Of a stretch of 64,000 bases of DNA, positions 29,709-39,067 are shown one piece after another; the stretch's first letter is position 1, and each line of letters opens with the position of its first letter. A program made the position numbers and the translations under genes. Origin of the DNA: Spirochaetia bacterium (GTDB taxonomy: Bacteria; Spirochaetota; Spirochaetia; CADAEX01); NCBI GenBank assembly GCA_963662795.1, contig OY759746.1:2144001-2208000 (forward strand), given 5' to 3'. The notes beneath the pieces are model-generated. The model was not told the origin of the DNA. It was given only the letters and a program-made list of their open reading frames with translations, and ran no database searches.

Positions 29709-29926
29709 GCAATACCTTCGCGAAGAGAAAATCGCCCGGGCCCCTGGCCGACGGGCGAGGATTTGCAGTCAAATAATATGTTTTAGGCGGACGCTTTTGA
29801 CGTGCAAGAACAGATATTATCTAAATAAATACATAAAAGTCTTCTGATAGTTTGATGTGTTACTTGTTGAAATAAACCAAAAAATGAACTATATTTGATA
29901 AATAATGGTTCATTTAGGAGTTTTAT

Positions 29927-30181
29927 ATGAAATCTATTACCATACATGGAATTGATAATGATCTCGATAAGAAAATTGCAGAAAAGTCTGTCGAATTTGG
30001 TTTAAGCCAGAACCGAACAGTTAAGTATATCCTGCAAAATTCATTAATTACTGATAAAAAAGCTTCTAAAAAGGACTCCTATGCTGAATTATTTGGTAAA
30101 TGGTCAACAAAAGAGAAAGAAGAGTTTGATAAAAAAATCAGTGATTTTGAAGTAATAAATGAAATGGACTGGAAAAAATGA
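29927..30181 (+). CDS. Antitoxin (RHH/FitA-like)
   Basis: MKSITIHGIDNDL...GLSQN; overlaps VapC. Confidence 0.75.
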   Translation: MKSITIHGIDNDLDKKIAEKSVEFGLSQNRTVKYILQNSLITDKKASKKDSYAELFGKWSTKEKEEFDKKISDFEVINEMDWKK

Positions 30182-30576
30182 CCAAGATACTACTTGATAC
30201 AAATGCCTATAGTGAGTTTATGTCCGGAAATAAGTTGGTATTTGAATATATTATAGAAGCAGAAATAATCTATGTATCAACCATTATGATCGGTGAACTA
30301 TTCGCAGGTTTTCAAGGTGGAAAAAAGTATACACAAAATAAAGAAGATTTTAAGAAATTCATCAGCAAAGATGGAATAAAAATATTGAATGTCACAATTG
30401 AAACATCAGAAATATTTGGAGAAATCAAGGCGGAACTAAGTAAAAAAGGAAAAATGATACCATTAAATGATATTTGGATTGCTGCTCATGCAATAGAAAC
30501 AGGTTCAAAATTAATCACATACGATTCACACTTTAAACAGATAAATGGTTTGAGAATTTGGGAAGAATATAGATAG
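30178..30576 (+). CDS. vapC: VapC toxin
   Basis: LLDTNAYS...GEL..GF...IPLNDIWIAAHA...LITYDSHF. Confidence 0.9.
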   Translation: MTKILLDTNAYSEFMSGNKLVFEYIIEAEIIYVSTIMIGELFAGFQGGKKYTQNKEDFKKFISKDGIKILNVTIETSEIFGEIKAELSKKGKMIPLNDIWIAAHAIETGSKLITYDSHFKQINGLRIWEEYR

Positions 30577-30698
30577 GTAAATTGTCCAATTACTGATTCA
30601 ACTCTTTGCTTTTTACAGGTTAAGTAAGTATTAAAAAGAAAAGGAAGTCCAGCCCTTGGCTCCGCCCTAACGGTCTGGACAAGACGCGAAGGTACTGC

Positions 30699-30890
30699 AA
30701 ATAACAGCGATTATTTCGCTGCGCTCCCTGTGGTCGCTTGGGCTCCTGCCAGTTGAGCTGGCAGATCGCCATATTTTGTTTTCATAAAACCGGAACAACA
30801 TGTGCTTTGTGCTCTTCAAGTTTGTAAAAACCAAATAAAAGTATTTTAGAGTTTAGTCACAAAACATCGAATAATCGCGAGACGTTAGCA
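30699..30890 (+). repeat. attC, native type C
   Basis: AAATAAC...GTTAGCA. Confidence 0.85.
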
Positions 30891-31009
30891 GCAATACGTC
30901 CCCTAGAGAAAATCGCCCGGACCTCCGGCCAACGGGCGAGGATAGGCTATAATAATATTTTATTAAAAAACAGTTGAAATTGAAAATATGAGAAATAATT
31001 GATGAAATT

Positions 31010-31723
31010 ATGAAAATATTAACATGGAATTGTAATATGGCATTTCGAAGAAAGTATGAAATCCTACAAGATTTTCAACCGGATATTGCAGTAATACAAG
31101 AATGTGAAAACAACAGTATTTTAGGTAAAATTAAAAATGTAATAAATTATTCAGATATATTATGGTATGGGGAAAATAAAAATAAAGGATTATGTATTCT
31201 GACTTTTAATAAATACCGCATAAAAAATAATTTTCAAAATGAAGACTTTAAATATATCCTTCCCATTGAAATTGAAAATGGAACATCTTCGATAATTTTA
31301 TTAGCAGTATGGACACAATTTGTAAATAAAAATATTTATGAAAGTTATGTAGTCCAAGCTGTAAGAGCACTTCTATATTATAAAAAATTATTGGAAGAGA
31401 AAAATGTTTTTATAATAGGAGATTTTAACAGTAATTCTATCTGGGATAATGAATCTCCAAAAGAATACACACATTCTCAAATGGTAGATTTGCTAAAACA
31501 ACAAGAGATTGAAAGTGTTTATCATTTTTTAAAAAAAGAAAAACACGGAAAAGAAACAATTCCTACTTTATTTTTTCAAAAGAATATAAAAAAGTCATAT
31601 CATATTGATTATTGTTTTTGTAAAATATCTAAAATGAATAGAATTAAAGAATTCAGAATTGGGGAATACGCCAAATATATTACTAAAAGTGATCATATGC
31701 CTCTGTTCATTGAAATAGAATAG
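31010..31723 (+). CDS. Endonuclease/exonuclease/phosphatase family protein
   Basis: ILTWNC, DIAVIQEC, IGDFNSN, YHIDYCF, SDHMPL. Confidence 0.88.
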   Translation: MKILTWNCNMAFRRKYEILQDFQPDIAVIQECENNSILGKIKNVINYSDILWYGENKNKGLCILTFNKYRIKNNFQNEDFKYILPIEIENGTSSIILLAVWTQFVNKNIYESYVVQAVRALLYYKKLLEEKNVFIIGDFNSNSIWDNESPKEYTHSQMVDLLKQQEIESVYHFLKKEKHGKETIPTLFFQKNIKKSYHIDYCFCKISKMNRIKEFRIGEYAKYITKSDHMPLFIEIE

Positions 31724-31777
31724 AAGTATTGACTATTCTCAAAAAGTACAATATATTGTACAATAAGGAGAGAAATA

Positions 31778-32035
31778 ATGGATGCTGTAACATATTCGGA
31801 TTTAAGACAAAATCTGAAATCTTATTTAGACAAAGTTTACCATGATCATGATCCAATGATTATAACAAGAAAAAATAATGAAAACCTCGTTTTGCTTTCA
31901 ATTGCAGAATATAACAGTCTAATTGAAACAAACTACTTATTAAGCAATGAGGCTAATGCGCTGCACCTTAAAAAATCAATTGAGCAGCTTAATGTCGGAA
32001 AATATGAAGAAAAGGAATTATTGGCAGATGAATAA
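31778..32035 (+). CDS. yefM: YefM antitoxin
   Basis: VTYSDLRQNLKSYLDKV..DHDP.IITRK...ETNYLLS. Confidence 0.88.
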   Translation: MDAVTYSDLRQNLKSYLDKVYHDHDPMIITRKNNENLVLLSIAEYNSLIETNYLLSNEANALHLKKSIEQLNVGKYEEKELLADE

Positions 32036-32288
32036 GCTGTTCACAGATGAGGCATGGAAAGACTATTTATATTGGTTTGAAAATGATAGGAAGCAATTAA
32101 AAAAGATTAATGATCTTATAAAAGAAATTGAAAGATCACCATTTGCTGGAATAGGAAAACCAGAATCTCTAAAATATAATTTGAAAGGATTTTGGTCAAG
32201 AAGGATTGATCATGAACATAGAATAGTGTATCAAGTCGAAGGTTCTCAGCTAAGAATAATATCTTTAAAATATCATTACGAAAAATAA
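32028..32288 (+). CDS. yoeB: YoeB toxin
   Basis: AWKDYLYW...KKINDLIK...GIGKPE.LK..L.G.WSRRID.EHR.VY. Confidence 0.9.
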   Translation: MNKLFTDEAWKDYLYWFENDRKQLKKINDLIKEIERSPFAGIGKPESLKYNLKGFWSRRIDHEHRIVYQVEGSQLRIISLKYHYEK

Positions 32289-32372
32289 TAAAGTAAATAA
32301 TTAAGAGAAAAAAATGGAAGAAGTCCGGCCTTGGCGTTGCCGTGCGGCCTGGACAAGAAGGGGACGTACTGC

Positions 32373-32544
32373 TGCTAACAGCGGGTAAGAAGCTGCGCTC
32401 GGAGTACCTCGCTTGGGCTTCGCCATATTTTGCTTTTATGAAATCAGAACAATTAATATTTCATCATTTCAGATGTGACAAAAGCTGTCAAAATGATTGA
32501 AAAGTATTAATCGCAAAACATCTTTTACCCGCGGGACGTTATGC
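32373..32544 (+). repeat. attC, native type D
   Basis: TGCTAAC-AGCGGGTAAGAAG...CTTTTACCCGCGGGAC-GTTATGC. Confidence 0.85.
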
Positions 32545-32712
32545 TCAATACCAGCCGCAAGAGGAAATCGCCCGGACCTCCGGCCAACGGGCGAGAGAGA
32601 AAGAGAAACAATAAGTATAGATTATACTGTAAAAGATAAGAAATGCTTATAGAAAATGAAGGATCTTGACAATAATATGTAATAACAATATAATTACATT
32701 AGAGGTAGAGAA

Positions 32713-32961
32713 ATGATAGTTTCTGTTGTTTCCATTGGCAATTCAAAAGGAATACGTCTTCCAAAAGCATTATTAAATCAACTAAAAATATCAGATAAAC
32801 TGGATTTAGAAGTAGAAGATCAGAAAATAATACTTAAACCTGTATCTAATAATCCAAGAGCAGGATGGAATTTGGCTTTTAAAGATATGCATAAAAAAAA
32901 TGAAGATCAATTATTGATAAATGAAAGTATTGATTCTAAGGATTTCAAATGGGAATGGTAA
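32713..32961 (+). CDS. mazE: AbrB/MazE antitoxin
   Basis: IGNSKGIRLPK. Confidence 0.85.
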   Translation: MIVSVVSIGNSKGIRLPKALLNQLKISDKLDLEVEDQKIILKPVSNNPRAGWNLAFKDMHKKNEDQLLINESIDSKDFKWEW

Positions 32962-33278
32962 TAAATCAGTATGAAGTTTATCTGGTTGAGCTTGATCCAA
33001 CAAAGGGACATGAAATACAAAAAACAAGACCATGTTTAATTATTTCCCCCGATGAAATGAATCATAATATAAGTACTGTTATTATTGCTCCAATGACAAC
33101 AAAATCACATAATTATCCGACACGTGTAGAATTAAAGTTTTTAGGAAAAAAAGGATGGATAGTTTTAGATCAGATAAGAACAATAGACAAACAGAGATTA
33201 TTAAAAAAAGTTGGTAAGATTGAAATTAAAGAAATTATAAAAGTTAAACAAATCATTAAAGAAATGTTGGTTGATTGA
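32949..33278 (+). CDS. mazF: PemK/MazF toxin
   Basis: LDPTKGHEIQKTRPCLIISP...LDQIRTIDKQRL. Confidence 0.9.
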   Translation: MGMVINQYEVYLVELDPTKGHEIQKTRPCLIISPDEMNHNISTVIIAPMTTKSHNYPTRVELKFLGKKGWIVLDQIRTIDKQRLLKKVGKIEIKEIIKVKQIIKEMLVD

Positions 33279-33364
33279 TAAAAAAAAATAAAATAATAAT
33301 GCATGAGAATAAGTCCGGCCTTGGCGTTGCCGTGCGGCCTGGACAAGAAGCGGCTGGTACTGGA

Positions 33365-33518
33365 GCATAACAGCGAATGACCGGTTCCGGCTGTTTCTAA
33401 GGAAACAGCCTCCACCCAAATTGCCGAAATAATACATGTTAAGAATAATGGAATAGAGTATAAACTTTTGGAGTGAAAAACACCATCGGCAACTTCGGTC
33501 ATTCGCGAGACGTTATAC
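33365..33518 (+). repeat. attC, native type B (body apparently identical to 863-1016)
   Basis: GCATAAC...GTTATAC. Confidence 0.85.
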
Positions 33519-33640
33519 GAAAAACCACCCCAAGAGAAAACCGCCCGGACCTCCGGCCCACGGGCGAGGATCAAGACAAAGTAAAAGTGATTGATTATTC
33601 ATTTCAAAATATTAACAGTAACCAGAAAGAGAGGGGTTTT

Positions 33641-33979
33641 ATGAAGAGTTTTCCTGATTTTATGAAAAGTGAATTAAATAAAATTGATCAAAGTCAGCAA
33701 AACACGAAAGATATTGTAGGATATTATTATACTGGAAAAGACGGTTCTCAAATAGCTTTTTAGGAGTGTTACTCAGACAGAGAATCAATAAAACACAAGC
33801 ACGATCTTGATGAGCATATAGTTTGTGTAAGCGGAGAATACATTGCATATTTTACTGAAGAAAAATATATACTACATGCTGGAGATGAAATACATATACC
33901 AAAAAAAACTGAGCAGTGGGGGAAAAGTATAAAAGGAACTAGAACAATTCATTTTTTTGGTGGGAAAAGGATAAAATAA
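33641..33979 (+). pseudogene. Cupin-domain protein with in-frame TAG (33761)
   Basis: DGSQIAF*EC...HKHDLDEHIVCVSGEY...GDEIHIP...GTRTIHFFGGKR in one frame. Confidence 0.75.
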
Positions 33980-34063
33980 AGAAATAGAACTGGGAAACCA
34001 TAAAGTGATTAAGACTTGACATATACGGCAATAATAAATATACTATACGTATAGAGGTATAGT

Positions 34064-34303
34064 ATGAACAGGAAGTTGACATTAAGCCTTGATCCTAAAA
34101 TAATTGATTTTGCGCATGATTTTTCAAAAAAATCAAATCAGCCTATTTCGAAAATAGTAGAGAATTACTTTTTAGAATTAAAAAATAAAAATACTTCTAA
34201 ATATGCAAAAGATGTAGAAGATTTGTATGGAATTCTTGAAGGAATAGAAATACCCGATAAAAAAGAAATGAGAAAAGCATTTTATGAAAAAAATATTAAT
34301 TGA
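34064..34303 (+). CDS. DUF6364-like antitoxin
   Basis: KLTLSLD...A..FSK....ISKIVENYF. Confidence 0.75.
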   Translation: MNRKLTLSLDPKIIDFAHDFSKKSNQPISKIVENYFLELKNKNTSKYAKDVEDLYGILEGIEIPDKKEMRKAFYEKNIN

Positions 34304-34700
34304 TTTAAATGTAATTCTTGATTTCTTAAATAAAAGAGAAGGACATGAAAAAGCTGCTGATATATTAAATATGTGTTCGTCTGGAAAAGCAGTAGGCTAT
34401 ATCTGTGCTCATGAAATAACAACACTTTCCTATTTTCTTGGAAAAATAATTAAAGAAAAAACGAAAAGAAACAAGATAATAAATGGAATACTGGAGTTAT
34501 TAAATATAATATCAATAGATAAGAAAATATTAAAAGAAGCATTATTGTCAAAAATTGATGATTATGAAGATGCGGTAATTGATGAGTCTGCTAAAAAAGA
34601 AAAAATAGAATATATAATAACAAGAGATTTAAAAGATTTTAAAAATGCAAGCATTAAGGCAATTACACCAGAAGAATATTTAACCAGATCAATATCATAA
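34284..34700 (+). CDS. PIN-domain toxin
   Basis: ILIDLNVILDF...DYEDAV...IITRDLKDF. Confidence 0.88.
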   Translation: MKKILIDLNVILDFLNKREGHEKAADILNMCSSGKAVGYICAHEITTLSYFLGKIIKEKTKRNKIINGILELLNIISIDKKILKEALLSKIDDYEDAVIDESAKKEKIEYIITRDLKDFKNASIKAITPEEYLTRSIS

Positions 34701-34752
34701 AGAACCCAAGCCTTGGCGGTGCCGTGCGGCTTGGAAGAAGGGGTGGTTCATC

Positions 34753-34944
34753 GTATAACAGCGATTATTTCGCTGCGCTCCCTATGGTCGCTTGGGCTCC
34801 TGCCAGTTGAGCTGGCAGATCGCCATATTTTGTTTTCATAAAACCGGAACAACATGTGTTTTATGCTCTTCAAGTTTGTAAAAACCAAATAAAAGTATTT
34901 TAGAGTTTAGTCACAAAACATCGAATAATCGCGAGACGTTCTCC
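34753..34944 (+). repeat. attC, native type C
   Basis: GTATAAC...GTTCTCC. Confidence 0.85.
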
Positions 34945-35099
34945 GAAATACCGCCCCAGGAGAAGGATCGCCCGGACCTCCGGCCCACGGGCGAGGATAA
35001 GTTAAGAAAATAATACAACAAATGAGTGTGAAAATTGTTAAATGATTATTAAATAGTTGACAACTTGACAATTAAAATAATTACAAATATAATTAATAT

Positions 35100-35339
35100 A
35101 TGAAAACAATGCAAATAGGAGATTTTAAAGCTCAATTCTCAAAGGTTCTCGAAGAAGTAAAACACGGAGAGGAAATAATAATATCTTATGGTAAACAGAA
35201 GAAAAATGTTGCAGTAATAATTCCATATGAAGAATACAAAGAAAAAAATAGAATTAAATTGGGCTTGTTGAAAGATAAAGCAAGTTATAAATTTAATAAT
35301 GATTATGAAATGACTGAAGAGGAGCTTGTAAGTCTTTGA
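35100..35339 (+). CDS. Phd/YefM antitoxin
   Basis: IGDFKAQFSKVLEEV..GEEIII. Confidence 0.85.
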   Translation: MKTMQIGDFKAQFSKVLEEVKHGEEIIISYGKQKKNVAVIIPYEEYKEKNRIKLGLLKDKASYKFNNDYEMTEEELVSL

Positions 35340-35733
35340 AATATCTCCTTGATACACATTATTTAATCTGGAGCATAATTGACCCGGATAAAATAGATAA
35401 AAAGAGGAAAAAGATATTATTGGATGTGAATACAGAGAAATATATAAGTCAGATAAGCTTTTGGGAAATATCAATAAAATATTCGCTTGGGAAATTAGAA
35501 TTAAAAGGAATTACTCCTGAAGAATTACTAGAGGCAGCAATAAAATCAGGATTTCAAATATTGGAATTAGAAACAAAAATACTTGCACATCATACAAACT
35601 ACCGAAAAATCCCAACCACAAAGATCCTTTTGACCGTTTAATAATTTGGGAATGTATTTGCAATGATTATATTTTATTAACAGCAGATGAAAAAGTAAAA
35701 GAATATAAAGAAAACGGTTTGAAAATAGTATAG
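35336..35733 (+). pseudogene. VapC/PIN toxin with frameshift near 35586
   Basis: YLLDTH...SFWEISIK..LGKL; HKDPFDRLIIW continues in another frame. Confidence 0.8.
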
Positions 35734-35823
35734 ATAAAATACAATCTACAAATAAATAAATGAAAATAAGAAAGCCCCAAGCCTTGGCGGTGCCGTGCGG
35801 CTTGGGAGAAGGGGCGGTACTTC

Positions 35824-35994
35824 CGAGAACAGCGGTTAAAGCGCTTCGCTCGCAGTAGCTCACTTGGGCTCCTGGCTGTTGAGCAGCCAGTTCGCCAAAC
35901 ATCGCAGTTTAGAATAAAAGTATAAGAATCAAGAAATTTGTAAAATAAGCAAATCATAATTTGCGATGCTTCGCTTAACCGCGGGACGTTATCG
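35824..35994 (+). repeat. attC, native type E
   Basis: CGAGAAC-AGCGGTTAAAGCG...CGCTTAACCGCGGGAC-GTTATCG. Confidence 0.85.
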
Positions 35995-36114
35995 GCAATG
36001 GCTGGGCAAGAGGAAATCGCCCGGACCTCCGGCCCACGGGCGAAGAATAAGAAATATATATAAAAAAAGAGTATAATAAATGTAAATTAATTCTTGGAAG
36101 GAAAAAGAAAGAAA

Positions 36115-36550
36115 ATGACAAACATAATTATTTTTCTCATGGGGGAGGTCCACTTCCAATACTTGGAGAGCCAAGTCATAAAGAAATGATATCATTTATG
36201 AAAAAACTTCCTGAAGAACTTGATAAACCGAAAGCAATAATAGTAATAAGTGCACATTGGGAGGAAGAAGTACCAACAATAATTGGAAATAATAATCCCT
36301 CGCTTTATTATGATTATTATGGATTTCCCAAGGAAGCATATGAAATAAAATATCCGGCCCATGGAAATGTTGAGTTTGCAAAACAAATTAAACAATTATT
36401 CGAGAAAAACAATATACAGGCAGTGATTGATGATAAGCGTGGATTGGATCATGGAGTCTTTATACCATTATTACTGATGTATCCGGAAGCAGATATACCA
36501 GTAATCCAGATATCATTGGTAAAAGGATTAAGGCCGAAGGAGCATTTATC
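36115..36550 (+). pseudogene. Extradiol dioxygenase (DODA/LigB family), frameshifted and 3'-truncated
   Basis: FSHGGGP.P out of frame with ATG; ISAHWE, YDYYGFP, RGLDHGVFIPL..MYPEADIPVIQ then runs into attC. Confidence 0.8.
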
Positions 36551-36712
36551 AGAGGATAAGGCGCATCGCTCCCTATGGTCGCTTGGCCTACGGCATATTT
36601 TGCTATCATTAAAACAGTTCAAATTATGTTTTACTCTATTTAAATATATTCCCAAGACTATTACGTTGAAGAAGATTATAGCAAAACATCGCTTATCCTC
36701 GGGACGTTATGC
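36544..36712 (+). repeat. attC type A body lacking a canonical R''
   Basis: ATTTATC-AGAGGATAAGGCG...TTATCCTCGGGAC-GTTATGC. Confidence 0.7.
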
Positions 36713-36724
36713 TCAATACCAGCC

Positions 36725-38068
36725 TGTGCAATCAGGACATAGGTAACACTTTTTATCACGACATAGGTAACACCACACATGTAAATCTTTTAGTACAATC
36801 CTATTTAGGAGGACTGAGAGATGCCATGGAAGGAGACCAATGTTATGGATCAGAAAAAAGAATTTGTTCTGGAAGCACTCAAGGGAACAATGAATTTTAC
36901 CAGTCTGTGTGCGAAATATTGTATCAGTCCAAAGACTGGCTACAAGTGGAAAGAGAGGTTTCTTGAGCAAGGCTTTGAAGGACTTGAGGAATTATCAAGA
37001 AAACCAAAAACAAGCCCAGAGAGTTTATCAGAAGAAGAGATACTCTCTATAATTAAAATCAAACATCAAAAGAAGAATTGGGGAGCTAAAAAGATCAGAG
37101 AGATTTACGCTAATAAATATCCTGATAAGAGGCTGCCCTCAGTGAGTACATTTAATCGATTTTTTCAGAAGGCTGGATTAGCCAAGAAGCGTCGAAAGAA
37201 GAGAACAGCTGAAGGTATTAGAATTGAAAATCGTGTAGAAGCAACACATCCAAATCATGTATGGACGGTGGATTTTAAAGGATGGTGGTATACCCCTAAC
37301 AGAGAACGAGTAAATCCGCTTATAGTACGAGATGATCATTCCAAGTACATTTTAACAATTAAAACTCTGGATAAGGGTGATACAGCAAGTGTTTACAAGG
37401 AATTCGACCAATTATTCAGGGAATACGGTCTTCCAGAGGTAATTAGATCAGATAATGGCCCTCCTTTTGCGAATATGCGAAGTTTATTCGGTCTGACAAG
37501 ATTATCAGTTTGGTGGCTATCATTAGGGATTAAGTTGGACAGAATAGAACCAGCATCACCTTATCAGAACGGAGCACATGAACGGATGCATTTGGATATG
37601 GCGAATGAATTGGAAGGCCAGATTTATGGAGATATCAGGTATCATCAGAAGATGTTTGAAAAGTGGCGTGTAGAATATAATGAAGAGCGACCGCATGAAT
37701 CACTGAATATGAAAACACCCTCTACAGTATATAAAGTATCAGAGCAGGAATATTATGGGGACTTTGTGGAGTTTGCATATCCGATAAATTACAGAAAACG
37801 TTTTGTAAATAACCGAGGATTTGTCAGCTTTAAAGGTGTTCGCTATTTTGTTGGGAATCCTTTTGGGGGTTATAACATAGGCATACATCCCACTGAAACA
37901 GGGCAGCTGGATGTGTGGTTCGCAGACTCTCTTCTTGGGTATTTTGACCAGGAAAGTTTGTTGCTGGTACCGGAAAAGAAGTATACACTTATGAAAAGAA
38001 AAAGAAGAAAAGTGTTACCGATGTCGTGACACAAATCCTTTACCGATGTCGTGAAACTGGACCCAACA
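36725..38068 (+). mobile_element. IS481-family element (transposase 36821..38029)
   Basis: TGT...ACA ends with repeated subterminal motifs; MPWKE start, WTVDFKG, IRSDNGPPF, QNGAHERMH, YNEERPHESL. Confidence 0.85.
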
Positions 38069-38120
38069 CGCCGCAAGAATATAACCATGGCTTGTAATAC
38101 AATTCAGCAAAAAGTTGTAA

Positions 38121-39067
38121 GACTCTGTACTAAAAACTGTGTAACTGCAAAATTCTAAATAGCCTCAATGCAGAACTGGATAACCACTTAGGTTACGAGA
38201 AGCATTCAAGCCAGGACCGCAATAAACTGAACAGCCGTAATGAGGCAAAAAAGTAATAACCGATGCGGTTCTTGAGGAAGTTGAGCAGCGGCAAAACCGT
38301 CCACTTGAGAGTGTCTATCCGATAATTTACCTTGATTGCATTGTCGTAAAGGTGCATCAGGATAAAAGAGTAATCAACAAGGCTGTTTATCTAGCCCTGG
38401 GTGTTACCACAGAAGGAATTAAGGAACTTTTGGGACTCTGGATATCAGAAAACGAAGGAGTGAAGTTCTGGCTTTCTATACTAACGGAACTTCACTCCCA
38501 GAGGTGTAAAAGATATCTTCATTGCCAGTGAGGATGGACTTACAGGCTTCCCTGAAGAGATAAATACAGTATTTCCCAAAACAAAAATCCGATTATGCAT
38601 TGTACACATTCTTTGAAATACGTTTCCTATAAAGACTGTAAAGAACTGGCTGGGGATTTGAAAAGAATCTACTCTTCAATAACCCTTGATGAAGCAGAAA
38701 GGGAATTAGTGATATTTTCAGATAAGTGGGACAGTCAATATGCATCGATCAGCAGAATGTGGGGAAAAGCTGGGAAAACCTGATAACAATCTTTGATTAT
38801 CCTGATGAAATCCATAAAATAATTTATACGACAAATGCAATTGAATCTTTAAACAGTGTAATTCGAAAAGCCATAAAAAATCGCAGGATATTTCCCAATG
38901 ACAAATCGGCATTTAAAATTATATACCTGGCTGTAAAGCAGGCTTCAAAGAAATGGAGCATGCCTCTCCGTGAGTGGAAACCGGCGATGAACCTATTTTT
39001 ATTGGAATATGGAGATCGGTTTTCTGATGAATAAAAAAGTCAGTTACACAGAAATTTTTACAGGCTC
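38121..39067 (+). mobile_element. IS256-family remnant (internally deleted, frameshifted)
   Basis: IRs GACTCTGTA..AACTGTGTAACT / AGTTACACAG..TTACAGGC; IYTTNAIESLN, YLALGV fragments. Confidence 0.82.

Larger units (their letters stand above)
1..36724 (+). mobile_element. Integron gene-cassette array (sedentary/superintegron-like; intI not in window)
   Basis: Repeated imperfect palindromes starting RYYYAAC-like and ending GTTRRRY-like separate 1-3 co-oriented genes; each cassette's first bases complement its own R'' box; TA-rich, AT-rich cargo. Confidence 0.93.

Noticed and set aside
33761-33763. In-frame TAG as pyrrolysine or recoding
   Set aside because: Position fits a Trp codon (TGG to TAG); other genes use TAG as a stop; a simple nonsense mutation is more likely
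173-36195. Many short ORFs overlapping the repeats (e.g. 173..523, 740..1147, 5691..5885, 12780..12977, 20259..20735, 23383..24045, 29414..29614, 33170..33574)
   Set aside because: Shadow ORFs produced by GC-rich attC and hairpin repeats; recurring peptides reflect DNA repeats, and they lack RBS or domain signal
242-36712. Repeats as a CRISPR array or REP/BIME family
   Set aside because: Units are 150-190 bp palindromes with R''/R' boxes separated by whole genes; no constant-length spacers and no cas genes
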